DNA of 64,000 nt from an uncultured Candidatus Saccharibacteria bacterium (GCA_964462785.1 CAYWZA010000003.1:1-64000); one strand, 5' to 3'; shown: positions 9,221 to 18,736, counted from the stretch's first letter. Notes: generated by a model from the letters alone, not told the origin. Program-made: numbers and translations.

Positions 9221-10765
9221 TCATGGAGAACCGAGGATGGTCACGGAGGCGCTGCGGCTGCTCTGGCTTCCAGCGGGACCATATGTAAGTGTGGCGGAAT
9301 AATTTGCACTCGTCGTGTTTGTTGGGTAGGTGTGTGTGAGCGTTTGACGATCGACGGTTGCCGCGCAACCGCTTCCCTGTGCGCGCGATGCAGGTGTTGA
9401 TCCATCGCCCCAGTTGAATGTGAATGCGGTACACGCATCCGCCAGATCAAACGTTGCGCGCACGCGCTGGAATACGCCATCATACCCAGGAGTTAACACC
9501 AAATTGGGATTTACCGCGGAGCTCGTGGGTGATGAAGCAACAACATTTACACTCGCAGCGGGCGCAGTACTGCCGACACTCGCCGACGGCACCGCATAGA
9601 GGCGCACGGTATACGCACCGGCAGTGGTATATCGATGCGTCAGTGTCGAAGTAATGGCGGTACAAGCATTTGCCGGATAGGTGAGCGGCGCACGCTGACC
9701 ATCACCAAAATCAATCGTATACTCACCGCCTGTGCATGCGTTTCGGCTGTTGATGCGTGTCGTAAATACCACATCAAACGGCACGACACCACTTGCGGGA
9801 TGTGCGCTTACCGAGTCGGAGAGCGCGCTGCTGGTATTCGACTCGGTGTACGTAACACCGCCGACAGAACACGTGCGCGGAGTTGCGTTCGACACCACAC
9901 CGCCCGATGCAACGCATGCGGCAAAGCCGCTGGTCGGCTGCGTGGAGGATGGGTTGGATGAGCCGCTCAATACAGTAATGATGCTCGTTGTGTAGCTGGC
10001 ACCCACGCGCAGTGAGACAGTGTATGTTCCTGGATTGGCGTATACGTGAGGCACTACCTGCTCAAGCTCGGCACAGCGCCCCGCGGGGACTATGAGCGAC
10101 AGCGGTGCGGACCCGTCACCAAAATCAAGTGCGTAGGAACCATATTCACACGATCGAATGGTGTTTACTTTCGCAGTGATCATTGCGGTAAGCGGCGCAG
10201 CGCCAGTCGTTTTATTTACCCGCAATGAGCCACCCACAGATCCCGTTGTCGGTGCAGAGCCGCACCCATTCAAAAGTGCCAGTCGTGTCTTGGGGCCGAT
10301 GCGCCCATACCCCGATGACGCATAATCGCCTGCCGAGACAATTCCGCACGCAATTTGGAATTTTTGTACTGCTGCTTCGGTGAGTGGGCCATAGAAACCC
10401 GTACTCTGACCGTTCGGATATATTGAGGCATCGCGCGCAAGGAAAATCTGGAGCTTCGTCACATCAGCACCACTATCGCCTCGCCCGATATCGCGATCCA
10501 GCTGAAGCCCGCCCGTAAGAACGCTGCCTGTGGTCGCAATAACTGTGTTTGGCGCGGGGGTAGTAGTTGTGTAGGTAGGTGTGGATGCGGATGTTGCCGG
10601 AAGCTGATCGAGCTGCACACGCAGCGCAGCGAGTCGCGCGAGCAAAGCATTCACTTGTGCTTGCAGCTCATCGAGGGTTTGCGCATGCGCAAACATCGGG
10701 GTGCTTATTGAAAAAATTGCAGCAATAGCAAACAACACTCCCACCACTCTTACTGAAACCGCCAT
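9221..10765 (-). CDS. Secreted protein with a peptidoglycan-binding domain and PKD-like repeats
   Basis: Signal peptide, PG_binding_1-like segment (DVTKLQIFLARD...GPLTEAAVQKFQ) and repeated DFGDG-containing PKD-like modules. Confidence 0.55.
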   Translation of the reverse strand: MAVSVRVVGVLFAIAAIFSISTPMFAHAQTLDELQAQVNALLARLAALRVQLDQLPATSASTPTYTTTTPAPNTVIATTGSVLTGGLQLDRDIGRGDSGADVTKLQIFLARDASIYPNGQSTGFYGPLTEAAVQKFQIACGIVSAGDYASSGYGRIGPKTRLALLNGCGSAPTTGSVGGSLRVNKTTGAAPLTAMITAKVNTIRSCEYGSYALDFGDGSAPLSLIVPAGRCAELEQVVPHVYANPGTYTVSLRVGASYTTSIITVLSGSSNPSSTQPTSGFAACVASGGVVSNATPRTCSVGGVTYTESNTSSALSDSVSAHPASGVVPFDVVFTTRINSRNACTGGEYTIDFGDGQRAPLTYPANACTAITSTLTHRYTTAGAYTVRLYAVPSASVGSTAPAASVNVVASSPTSSAVNPNLVLTPGYDGVFQRVRATFDLADACTAFTFNWGDGSTPASRAQGSGCAATVDRQTLTHTYPTNTTSANYSATLTYGPAGSQSSRSASVTILGSP

Positions 10766-10817
10766 GCCTCCATTCTCTCACCCGCCCGCCCGCCCCACAA
10801 CCCGAAATCCCCATAAC

Positions 10818-10846
10818 TTGGGTCAATGCATAAGAGGGATTATAGT
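10818..10846 (+). promoter_or_regulatory. Candidate sigma70 promoter for the tRNA gene (TTGGGT-17-TATAGT)
   Basis: -35/-10 hexamers with 17-nt spacing; the -10 ends 9 nt upstream of the tRNA 5' end. Confidence 0.4.
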
Positions 10847-10855
10847 GAGGAATAC

Positions 10856-10928
10856 CCGCCTGTAGCTCAATGGTTAGAGCACGGAGCTTATACCTCCGGG
10901 GTTCCTGGTTCGAGTCCAGGCAGGCGGA
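10856..10928 (+). tRNA. tRNA-Ile with anticodon UAU (reads AUA)
   Basis: Manual fold: 7-bp acceptor stem CCGCCTG/CAGGCGG, D-arm GCTC/GAGC, anticodon stem CGGAG/CTCCG with loop CTTATAC, T-arm CCTGG-TTCGAGT-CCAGG, discriminator A, no encoded CCA. Confidence 0.75.
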
Positions 10929-10978
10929 CAAATTCGAGCAAAGCGAGAATTTTCCGTCAGGAAAAATACTCGTGACGA

Positions 10979-11671
10979 CTAAGCGTCATCGGCCCGAAAG
11001 GAAAAATAATCAGCCAAAAGATCGTCGATCAATGGGTCGCCCCACGAGTAGTCTCTAATGATTGCTTCCGTTAATTTTGCGAGCTCTTGCTTTGCCGCAT
11101 TGAGCCGGTGAACCTGCTCAGGGTCATACTCCAGATCTTCCACTGCACGTGCGGTAATATCGTATCGTACACGAATTGATTCCCACAGTGTTCTGATCGC
11201 GTCCGAACTGACTCTGTGCTCGTACCCGAAAAAAGTGATCTCCTGCGGCGTGATGAGCAGGCGCAGTTTATTTGGCTGCCCCTGCTCATTACAATAAGCA
11301 ACCGTCATTAAGTCACTGGCAGATGGCGGCGAATGAGTCACCCCTGCAATAATCGGGTGGTTATGCACGCAGTCAGGATGTTTCGATAAGCGTGTGTCTG
11401 CTTCGCCATCGAAATGATGCTTGGATTGTCCCCGCTCGCCGGTGGTCAATACCCACCGCTGTACCCGATCTTCGTAGCTGATCAAAAATTCATACGGCAA
11501 TTGTGCCAACCGCTGTAGCTGCGGGGTGAAATCGGTCATGCTCTCGGGTTTGCGTATGGCGAAACTCTGTGGGGACGCGAGAACACGCCCACCTTGCGCG
11601 AGTAGATGATCAGCGATACTACTCATGGGTACATCGAGTGTACGCGGCGCACTCTCCATACGTGCATGCAT
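10979..11671 (-). CDS. Hypothetical protein with a possible JAMM-like HxH...SxxD motif
   Basis: HNHPIIAGVTHSPPSASD resembles a JAMM/MPN motif, but the spacing is atypical. Confidence 0.35.
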   Translation of the reverse strand: MHARMESAPRTLDVPMSSIADHLLAQGGRVLASPQSFAIRKPESMTDFTPQLQRLAQLPYEFLISYEDRVQRWVLTTGERGQSKHHFDGEADTRLSKHPDCVHNHPIIAGVTHSPPSASDLMTVAYCNEQGQPNKLRLLITPQEITFFGYEHRVSSDAIRTLWESIRVRYDITARAVEDLEYDPEQVHRLNAAKQELAKLTEAIIRDYSWGDPLIDDLLADYFSFRADDA

Positions 11672-11686
11672 GCGATCACTATAGCA

Positions 11687-13639
11687 TTAGACTTGGTGTT
11701 CAATATCCTGCTTCTTTTTAGGAACGATGCTGTGGGCGATGAGAAGGTTTTCGAAATCAGCGCGCTCGATAGTTTCGTTTTCAATAAGCGCACGGGCGAT
11801 GGCGTCGAGCGCATCGCGGTGCTTCTTGATAACCGCCTCCGCTTTTTTATATGCACCATCGATAATATCCTGCACTTCTGCATCAATGCGCCCTGCCACG
11901 TCTTCGGAGTGTTCCCTCCCCTCGATACCCGATCCGAAAAGCGGCTTGCCACCGGAGGATTCAAGCGCGATCGGTCCGAATTTCTCCGACATGCCGAAGC
12001 GCGCAACCATATCACGCGCGAGCGCCGTCAGCACCTGCAAATCGTTTGATGCGCCGGTAGTGAGATCATCGAAGATGAGTTTCTCTGCGATGTAGCCACC
12101 GAGCGATACTGCAATGTCGTCAAGAAACTCTTTCTTGGATTGCATGCGGCGGTCTTCAAATGGAAGCTTCAATGTGTACCCAGCAGCGCGACCGCGCGAA
12201 ATAATCGAGACTTTGTGTACCGGGTCGGCGTACGGGAGTACTGACGCCACAATGGCATGCCCCGCTTCGTGATAGGCGGTGATTTCTTTTTCTTTGCTGT
12301 TCAAAATGTGCGAGCGGCGCTCAGGACCAAGCATGACTTTTTCAATGGAGCGAATGAGGTCGTATTGCGTGATCTCGGTGCGATCTTCACGCGCTGCAAG
12401 AATCGCGCCTTCATTCATGACGTTCGCAATGTCTGCACCGGAAAATCCCGGCGTGCGCTCCGCGATAATCAGCAAATTCACATCTGCGTGAAGCGGCTTC
12501 TTGCGCGCGTGGATCTTGAGAATCTCTTCGCGGTCTGATCTGTCAGGAAGGTCGATCATCACGCGCCTGTCGAAGCGCCCGGGGCGCAAAAGAGCAGGAT
12601 CGAGCACGTCGGGGCGATTCGTTGCCGCCATGACGATCACTTTTTCTGATGGCTCGAAACCATCGAGCTCAACGAGAATTTGATTGAGTGTTTGCTCGCG
12701 CTCATCGTTACCACCACCCACTCCCGTGCCACGTACACGCCCTACCGCATCGATTTCGTCGATGAACACAATGGCGGGCGCTTGGCGCTTTGCCGTCTGG
12801 AACAAATCACGCACGCGTGATGCGCCAACACCGACAAACATCTCAACGAATTCCGAACCGGAGATCGAGAAGAACGGCACCCCCGCCTCGCCTGCTACGG
12901 CGCGCGCAAGCAGCGTCTTTCCCGTGCCCGGTGCGCCCATGAGCATCACCCCCTTGGGGATGCGCGCGCCTATCGCAAGAAACTTTGCGGGATTCTTTAA
13001 GAAGTCGACAATTTCTGAGAGCTCCACTTTTGCCTCCTTCGCTCCGGCAATATCGTCAAACGTAATGCGCTCGGGGCCATCATCAAGCGAGAGCCGCGCG
13101 CGACTCTGCCCAAAGGTGAATGCCTGCATGCCGACGCCCTTCACCTGCCGCGAGAAATACCAGATGATACCGAAGAGAAGGAATATGGGGAGCAACAGCG
13201 GTGCGAGCTGGAAGAACCAGAAGCGGAAGCCACCCGGCTCCTCAATCTTGATTTCCACTTTTGCAAATTGTGCCGGTGTTACGCCGTAATTAAAGAGCGT
13301 TTCCGAAAGCGCAGCCTCAGATTCCTTCTTTGAAATTTTCTCACTCTCGTCTTTGTATATCGCGGTGATGTCGTCCCCGCTCACCACAATTGAGGTGATG
13401 GATCCTTCGGAAATGTCAGTAGCGATTTGTGAGAGCGACACCTCTGTAGTCTTCCCGAGAAATTCATCGGCGACGATGCCATAGCTCGCCAGCAAAAAAA
13501 GCATGATGAAAATCACCATGCCTGCCTGCATCCAGAAACTCATCGGTGCGGCCATCTGCGGCTTGTCTTTCTTGCCGCCCTTGCCATTCTCCTTTTTTTC
13601 ATCGTTCTTCATAGCAACACATCCTATCATCTGTATCAA
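11687..13639 (-). CDS. ftsH: ATP-dependent zinc metalloprotease FtsH
   Basis: Two N-terminal TM helices, AAA Walker A GAPGTGKT, second region of homology, HEAGH zinc motif. Confidence 0.9.
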   Translation of the reverse strand: MIQMIGCVAMKNDEKKENGKGGKKDKPQMAAPMSFWMQAGMVIFIMLFLLASYGIVADEFLGKTTEVSLSQIATDISEGSITSIVVSGDDITAIYKDESEKISKKESEAALSETLFNYGVTPAQFAKVEIKIEEPGGFRFWFFQLAPLLLPIFLLFGIIWYFSRQVKGVGMQAFTFGQSRARLSLDDGPERITFDDIAGAKEAKVELSEIVDFLKNPAKFLAIGARIPKGVMLMGAPGTGKTLLARAVAGEAGVPFFSISGSEFVEMFVGVGASRVRDLFQTAKRQAPAIVFIDEIDAVGRVRGTGVGGGNDEREQTLNQILVELDGFEPSEKVIVMAATNRPDVLDPALLRPGRFDRRVMIDLPDRSDREEILKIHARKKPLHADVNLLIIAERTPGFSGADIANVMNEGAILAAREDRTEITQYDLIRSIEKVMLGPERRSHILNSKEKEITAYHEAGHAIVASVLPYADPVHKVSIISRGRAAGYTLKLPFEDRRMQSKKEFLDDIAVSLGGYIAEKLIFDDLTTGASNDLQVLTALARDMVARFGMSEKFGPIALESSGGKPLFGSGIEGREHSEDVAGRIDAEVQDIIDGAYKKAEAVIKKHRDALDAIARALIENETIERADFENLLIAHSIVPKKKQDIEHQV

Positions 13640-13666
13640 GACGGCGCAATCCTAAGATTGCGCCGT

Positions 13667-14665
13667 CTATTCAACGATACTGACTAGAGCTTCTTGCATC
13701 AGTTGTTTTGCAAACACATACCCCCGCTCGCCCGCTTCTCGCACCACCTGTCGATTCGTAGAGAGATATGAAATATCTTCGTGCACTTCCGGCGCGATGA
13801 TGCACCAGCGGATTTTTTTGCGCTCGCGCGGTGCCGGTCGTGTGGATTTTTTGAAAAGACCAATGAAAAATTCTTTCCACGTAGTTGCCTTGCGACGCGT
13901 GAGCATCTGCAGCTCGTATGCCATCACACTATCCATAGCAGCGGCACGATCACGCAATGAGCGCGGCATGCCGCGCAGCCACATGTACAGACGTCCAAAC
14001 CAAGGAAACAAGTGTAATTCGATCCACCCCATGTGTTCCGGAAGTGGTCGGTTGAAGATGATGAGTATATCAGTCGGTCGATATTTTTTTGCGATGTGTC
14101 TGATGGGAAGCGGCATACCAAATGCGCCATCACAGACCTGCCTGCCATCAATATGCACCGTGCCGGAGCATAAATCAGGAATCATCATCGACGCTTGTAC
14201 TGCTTCCACTGGATCAGCGGCTTGTTTAACGTCAATAGCCAGATATTTTCCGGTACTGAATTCAGTCGCATACACGATGAAGTCGGAGCGGTTGTTACGG
14301 AGCGCAGTGTCACTGATCGCCCGCAGCACTGTGGTGACCTGATCGATATGCATCTTAATGCCCCAGTTTTTTCTTACGATGAAATTGTTCAGCGTAAGAC
14401 TGGCGAAAATAGATCGCGCGAGTTTCGGTCTGCCGCTCATCACGCCAAACTGAACCGCAGCCCCACCGGAGACCGCCGCGCGCGCATCTGGCGCGTCGGG
14501 GGCATGTTCTGCTATTGCTTCAGCAACACCAGCCCCGTGCACGCACGCCATACCCCCGCCAAGCATGAGCTCCACAATTTTAAATGGCGGTTTCTCACCT
14601 CTATCGAGAGCGCGCTGTTGCAGAATGTAATTGACGAGCACTTGTTTGTTACCGAGCACTTGCAT
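13667..14665 (-). CDS. Patatin-like phospholipase
   Basis: GGGxxG-like LGGGMACVHG, serine-motif region VSGGA, DGA(F) Asp motif. The ORF extends upstream to 14875, but the conserved domain starts near the internal Met. Confidence 0.5.
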   Translation of the reverse strand: MQVLGNKQVLVNYILQQRALDRGEKPPFKIVELMLGGGMACVHGAGVAEAIAEHAPDAPDARAAVSGGAAVQFGVMSGRPKLARSIFASLTLNNFIVRKNWGIKMHIDQVTTVLRAISDTALRNNRSDFIVYATEFSTGKYLAIDVKQAADPVEAVQASMMIPDLCSGTVHIDGRQVCDGAFGMPLPIRHIAKKYRPTDILIIFNRPLPEHMGWIELHLFPWFGRLYMWLRGMPRSLRDRAAAMDSVMAYELQMLTRRKATTWKEFFIGLFKKSTRPAPRERKKIRWCIIAPEVHEDISYLSTNRQVVREAGERGYVFAKQLMQEALVSIVE

Positions 14666-14759
14666 CGCTCCCTCCTTTCTTTTTGGGTATGAGTTTTTCC
14701 TTATACACTCTCTCAACTGTAGGGGGACAAGTGACTTATTGCACGGTATAGTTATCCAC

Positions 14760-15197
14760 ATGGTGTTGATAAGAAATAAAAAGGCACATCTGGAGTATGC
14801 TTTTCTTGAGAAATTCGAGGCGGGTTTGGAATTGCTGGGGCTTGAGGTGAAATCACTGCGTGCCGGCAGGGGCAATTTGGAGGGTGCGCGCGTCGTTGCG
14901 CGCGGCGGCGAAGCGTATTTGGTGGGAGCAACTATTCCCCCATATCAGGCAGGAAATACGCCAAAAGAGTACGATCCTGAGCGCACGCGGCGGCTATTGC
15001 TCTCAAAGCAAGAGATCGCGCAGGTGGCTTCCGCTGAGGGCGCAGAGGGCTTGACAGTAGTGCCTATTGCGGTGTATAATAAAGGGAGGAATTTAAAGCT
15101 TGAAGTCGCCATCGCGCGCGGCAAAAAGAAGTATGATAAAAGGCAGGATTTGAAGAAGCGCGACGAAGAGCGGCGTTTCAAGCGGAAAGAATTTTGA
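14760..15197 (+). CDS. smpB: SsrA-binding protein SmpB
   Basis: SmpB-like sequence (KKAHLEYAFLEKFEAGLELLGLEVKSLRAG...). True start is an internal ATG of the listed ORF. ssrA lies downstream. Confidence 0.85.
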   Translation: MVLIRNKKAHLEYAFLEKFEAGLELLGLEVKSLRAGRGNLEGARVVARGGEAYLVGATIPPYQAGNTPKEYDPERTRRLLLSKQEIAQVASAEGAEGLTVVPIAVYNKGRNLKLEVAIARGKKKYDKRQDLKKRDEERRFKRKEF

Positions 15198-15203
15198 AAA
15201 TTA

Positions 15204-15426
15204 ATTGTGAGTTGTGATGGGTCAACCATGGAGAAGATGGCTGGAGTTCCTGTTTATTCTCGGTGTTTTTGCGCTTGGATTTGGCGCAGGTATGATCCAC
15301 GGATTTAATCGTGGATACGACGAGGGTTTAATTGACGGAAAAGCTTCTATCAAACGAAACCCTACGTAGACCCCAGCACGAGCGCTGCTTAACCGCAACG
15401 CTCGCGCCCCCATCACAACTCACAAT
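15204..15426. repeat. Mini-cassette bounded by perfect 18-bp terminal inverted repeats (ATTGTGAGTTGTGATGGG / CCCATCACAACTCACAAT)
   Basis: Perfect inverted repeats seen directly. The left arm begins 7 nt after the smpB stop. Confidence 0.6.
15217..15369 (+). CDS. 50-aa hydrophobic small ORF inside the IR cassette (MGQPWRRWLEFLFILGVFALGFGAGMIHGF...)
   Basis: Manual translation: one predicted TM helix, start within the left IR. Below the ORF-track size cutoff. Confidence 0.3.
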   Translation: MGQPWRRWLEFLFILGVFALGFGAGMIHGFNRGYDEGLIDGKASIKRNPT

Positions 15427-15437
15427 CACAGTACAAA

Positions 15438-15460
15438 ATATCAAGGTTAAACCTTGATAT
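15438..15460. promoter_or_regulatory. Perfect 11-bp-arm palindrome ATATCAAGGTT-A-AACCTTGATAT
   Basis: Seen directly; between the IR cassette and ssrA. Could be an operator or a hairpin. Confidence 0.4.
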
Positions 15461-15915
15461 TAACGAGTGCTTGAGTGTGGCACTGAACTTTTATCACAAG
15501 GATGCCCACGCATGGGCAAAAAAACAGACTCACTAAAACAGTATCGGGAGTACCTTAACTCCCACAACGATCAGCTCGAGAGTTTCGAGCAATTGCATAT
15601 CGAGGCACGCGCAACCGCGCATTGCCGAGGGTCGCCTGAGCCAGAGATCGGTAGGGATGAGCTCTACTACCAAGGAGAGCTCGAATTCACCGATGGTCCC
15701 AGTGGTCCACTCACGCGGGCTTTTCGTTGACACTTCGGTGGGGAGAGCCACAACTCCCCGCCACACTTAAGCACTCGTTATGATGACGAAGGTCCGACCT
15801 TCGTCAGAAAAGCACAGCCAGTCCCCGTGAGATATTAAACATTCAGCAGAGTACACAATTCAGTAATTCAGTTACGAAAGCGACTCGGTAGCAGAAACGA
15901 TTTTGGTATCTCACG

Positions 15916-16302
15916 GGGGGTGACTTGGCTTCGACATTGAGTTACGTGTTTTGAAGTGCATGACAGAAGTGAGCGTCTTCTTAAAAAAGCTCAAAACCTA
16001 AGTGCAAATAAAACAGCACGGGGGATTCTTTCACCTATTCAGATGAAAGATCTCGGCTTCGTTTACGCTACGGCCTAAGCGACCGTGTGCCTGTCTGACA
16101 TCCGATGAGATAGAGCGCACGTCATACACTTCGGATCCGACTTTCTTGCGCACCAAAGAAAGTTTAAAGAAAGAGTGCTCGGCATTGTAGGATCTTGTGT
16201 GTTCCCTACCTACAGCGCTTAAACAAAACATGAACGCACTACGTCATGTAGACAGTTCCTAACATTCCTCTTTGGACTCGGGTTCAATTCCCGACACTTC
16301 CA
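15916..16302 (+). ncRNA. ssrA: tmRNA (ssrA)
   Basis: 5' end GGGGGUGACUUGGCUUCGAC parallels E. coli GGGGCUGAUUCUGGAUUCGAC. 3' tRNA-like end GGACUCGGGUUCAAUUCCCGACACUUCCAC-A with a G3-U70 pair. Candidate resume codon GCA at nt 89 (16004) in the context UAAAAAAGCUCAAAACCUAAGU-GCA. Adjacent smpB. Confidence 0.8.
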
Positions 16303-16304
16303 CA

Positions 16305-16352
16305 GGTAAAACAAAAACGCTGCACTCATTAGTGCAGCGTTTTTGTTTTACC
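16305..16352. terminator. 22-bp perfect palindrome (GGTAAAACAAAAACGCTGCACT-catt-AGTGCAGCGTTTTTGTTTTACC) directly 3' of ssrA
   Basis: Seen directly. Likely a bidirectional terminator. The stop codon of the LAGLIDADG gene lies in the loop. Confidence 0.6.
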
Positions 16353-16781
16353 TGGCTTGATTTGAAGAAACCTTTCTGCAAATTTCAAACGTTGCTTGAG
16401 TAAAGTTGGCGAATATTTGCCATTGCGGGGTGTTAGCGCAACATAACGATTGAGCGCGAACGTAGCCCTTCCCTTTTTATATCCGCGCAAGAAAGGTGTG
16501 ATTTGTCGAAGTACATCCAGGGCTTGTCTGCTGTAAATTTGATATGCAAAGGAAGGTGAGTGCTTATCTTTTGATCTGGTCTTTCTGGTGATTTTTCCCA
16601 CTCCAATGACACGACGTGCGTGTTCCAATAAACCATATTCAGTACTACTGATCGTTACAGCGAGATGCCGTTGGGCATTCTTCTGTTTATAAGTAAGAGT
16701 GATTGTGCCCTCACCATCAACCAACCCCGCCAGATATGCGGCGTCTGTTGTGCTCATATTTTTTGCGATTTTCTTACTCAT
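16329..16781 (-). CDS. LAGLIDADG homing endonuclease (single-motif, free-standing)
   Basis: LAGLVDGEG motif near the N-terminus; 150 aa is typical of homodimeric LAGLIDADG enzymes. Confidence 0.85.
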   Translation of the reverse strand: MSKKIAKNMSTTDAAYLAGLVDGEGTITLTYKQKNAQRHLAVTISSTEYGLLEHARRVIGVGKITRKTRSKDKHSPSFAYQIYSRQALDVLRQITPFLRGYKKGRATFALNRYVALTPRNGKYSPTLLKQRLKFAERFLQIKPGKTKTLH

Positions 16782-16800
16782 GACTACTATTATATAGGAG

Positions 16801-17481
16801 ATGGGGCTATCAGCAACCAGTCCACATCCAGAAAGAAAGGCAACTTCGATGCGCGCAAGCGTTTTTTGTTTGCTGAATTCCGTATTTCAGACTGTTTGTT
16901 TGTTGACACGCGCCTCTTTTTCACCGATGGTGAACGTAGAATATTGGAGAGACCCCATGCACCACGAGACTGATGCTGAGTGGCACCGGCTGGAGTGCCT
17001 GTGTGCAGACTCTTTCGCCGAGTTGGTGGCAATCGCGATTAATGAACTGCATAAATTTCCTACTGGGTGCGAGCTGGTATGCGGTCCCATCACGACCGGC
17101 GGGCGCGGTAGCGTCGCTGAAAATATCGCAGTCTTTAACGCGACCATCCAAGCTCTACAAGCGCAAGGCAGACCTATCTTCAGCCAGCTGCCGTACGAAG
17201 AGCGTATATTCTTCTTTCGAAAGCGCTGGCTCGATGCTGATCCTTTACGCAAGGGGCAATATTACATGCCCATCCTTGAAGATTTTTATCATCCGCTTAT
17301 TAAAACGGGTCATATAAAAAAGGGGTGGTTCATCCCTGGGTGGGAATCGTCGCTTGGCGCCACATGGGAGCGCCAACATCTGACAGAAACTGCTGTAGAA
17401 GTCTGCGATCTCTCCAGCGATTGGGTTGACGAGGTCTTGCGTTCTGCGCAGAGCGACGGCACTGGATACACCCCGCAATAA
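16801..17481 (+). CDS. DUF4406 / nucleoside 2-deoxyribosyltransferase-like domain protein (often phage-associated)
   Basis: LVCGPITTGGRGSVAENIAVFNATIQALQAQG resembles the DUF4406 core. The true start is probably an internal Met. Confidence 0.4.
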   Translation: MGLSATSPHPERKATSMRASVFCLLNSVFQTVCLLTRASFSPMVNVEYWRDPMHHETDAEWHRLECLCADSFAELVAIAINELHKFPTGCELVCGPITTGGRGSVAENIAVFNATIQALQAQGRPIFSQLPYEERIFFFRKRWLDADPLRKGQYYMPILEDFYHPLIKTGHIKKGWFIPGWESSLGATWERQHLTETAVEVCDLSSDWVDEVLRSAQSDGTGYTPQ

Positions 17482-17570
17482 CATGCGGGGTCTTTTTTAC
17501 ACCATTGTTACGCCTTGCACCACCATCGCACCGCTGTACAGTAGAAACAGAACAATCATAGGAGCATAGT

Positions 17571-18164
17571 GTGCAAAATGTCTTCGCGCTCGCGGCAGGC
17601 ATCCTGCTTTTTGTCTCACTGATCATATACATAGTAAGTATCGTGTGCGGCAAGACCGTGCCCACTCGAGGCAGCTGGGTCACATGGGCAACGGTCGATA
17701 CCGCTCTCATCATCGGTATGTATGCCGAGGGTACGGTAAATCCGCAAATCCTCGTCGGCGCGATGGGCACCATCATGGTTGCACTTCTGTCGTTCCGCTA
17801 CGGCACGCCCACCTGGACGTGGCTCGAGAAAACATCACTCAAGATTCTCCCCGTTGGATTATTGCTCTGGGGTGTGAGCGGCAATGCACGTTGGAATATC
17901 TCCATCAGTCTCATCCTCATTACTATTGGCTGCCTGCCCACCTATCAATCGATGTGGGAAAAGCCAGAATTGGAAGATCGTGTGGCGTGGACGACGGCAT
18001 TTGTCTCTTCGATTGCAATGGTGCTTGCGCTTCCCCCGATCACTTTCGCATGGGAGATGATAGAGGTGTCTGCGCAGCCGATCACATTCCTGCTGACACA
18101 GATACCCATCATGTATCTGCTGTGGGTGCGCCCAAAAAAGAAAGGAGCGGAACGATGTCCCTGA
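17571..18164 (+). CDS. Multi-pass membrane protein (paralog 1)
   Basis: Five to six hydrophobic helices. Shares blocks with the next ORF (PTYQSMWEKPE / PTWASAWEDPK; YLLWVRP). Confidence 0.5.
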   Translation: MQNVFALAAGILLFVSLIIYIVSIVCGKTVPTRGSWVTWATVDTALIIGMYAEGTVNPQILVGAMGTIMVALLSFRYGTPTWTWLEKTSLKILPVGLLLWGVSGNARWNISISLILITIGCLPTYQSMWEKPELEDRVAWTTAFVSSIAMVLALPPITFAWEMIEVSAQPITFLLTQIPIMYLLWVRPKKKGAERCP

Positions 18165-18736
18165 CATTTTCTGCATTGGCGGCGATATTTTCGATACTTG
18201 CATCAATCGTATACGTGCACGGTATTTTGTATCGAAATAAGCAGCCTGTTAAAGCAAGCTCTATTCTCGGAAAATTATTTACCATCGCGACATTTATCGG
18301 CATGTGGCAGAAAGATGCTGTGAACGGGCAGATACTTGTTTCAGTGCTGAGCATCTTCGTGAGCACTCCGCTCACATTGCTTTACGGACGACCCGGGTGG
18401 GCACCCATCGATATCGTGTGCTTTACGCTCGGCGTATGTGGATTGTTTGTGTGGACGTTCATACAAACACCTGAAGTAGCAATTTTTGTCGGTCTATTCG
18501 TGCTTTTTATCGGCAGTGCCCCTACATGGGCATCGGCATGGGAAGATCCGAAACGAGAAAACAAAATAAGCGTATCACTCGGTATTGTTGCTTCACTGTG
18601 TGCATTCGCATCTGCGACAGACATGTCGTTTGCACATATTGCGCAGCCGATCGCGTTTCTGATCATGCAATGCATCATGGTGTATCTGTTGTGGGTAAGA
18701 CCGTACTATCTGGCAAAAGGAAAAACCCCGCACTGA
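18155..18736 (+). CDS. Multi-pass membrane protein (paralog 2)
   Basis: Starts at an internal ATG (MSLTFSALAA) of the listed 363-aa ORF, whose first half is out of frame with paralog 1. Conserved C-terminal motif YLLWVRP. Confidence 0.5.
   Translation: MSLTFSALAAIFSILASIVYVHGILYRNKQPVKASSILGKLFTIATFIGMWQKDAVNGQILVSVLSIFVSTPLTLLYGRPGWAPIDIVCFTLGVCGLFVWTFIQTPEVAIFVGLFVLFIGSAPTWASAWEDPKRENKISVSLGIVASLCAFASATDMSFAHIAQPIAFLIMQCIMVYLLWVRPYYLAKGKTPH

Noticed and set aside
12684-13289. 201-aa plus-strand ORF and other ORFs overlapping ftsH
   Set aside because: Ser/Pro/Arg-rich translation typical of the wrong frame of GC-rich coding DNA. The ftsH frame carries all AAA and HEAGH motifs.
15916-16302. 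Group I intron within ssrA hosting the LAGLIDADG gene
   Set aside because: The tmRNA is of normal length (~387 nt) with contiguous 5' and 3' tRNA-like halves. The endonuclease gene lies outside and antisense, so it is free-standing.
17645-18150. N-terminal 170 aa of the listed 363-aa ORF (17645-18736)
   Set aside because: Out of frame and overlapping membrane-protein paralog 1. His/Arg-rich nonsense translation. The real second gene starts at the internal ATG (~18155).
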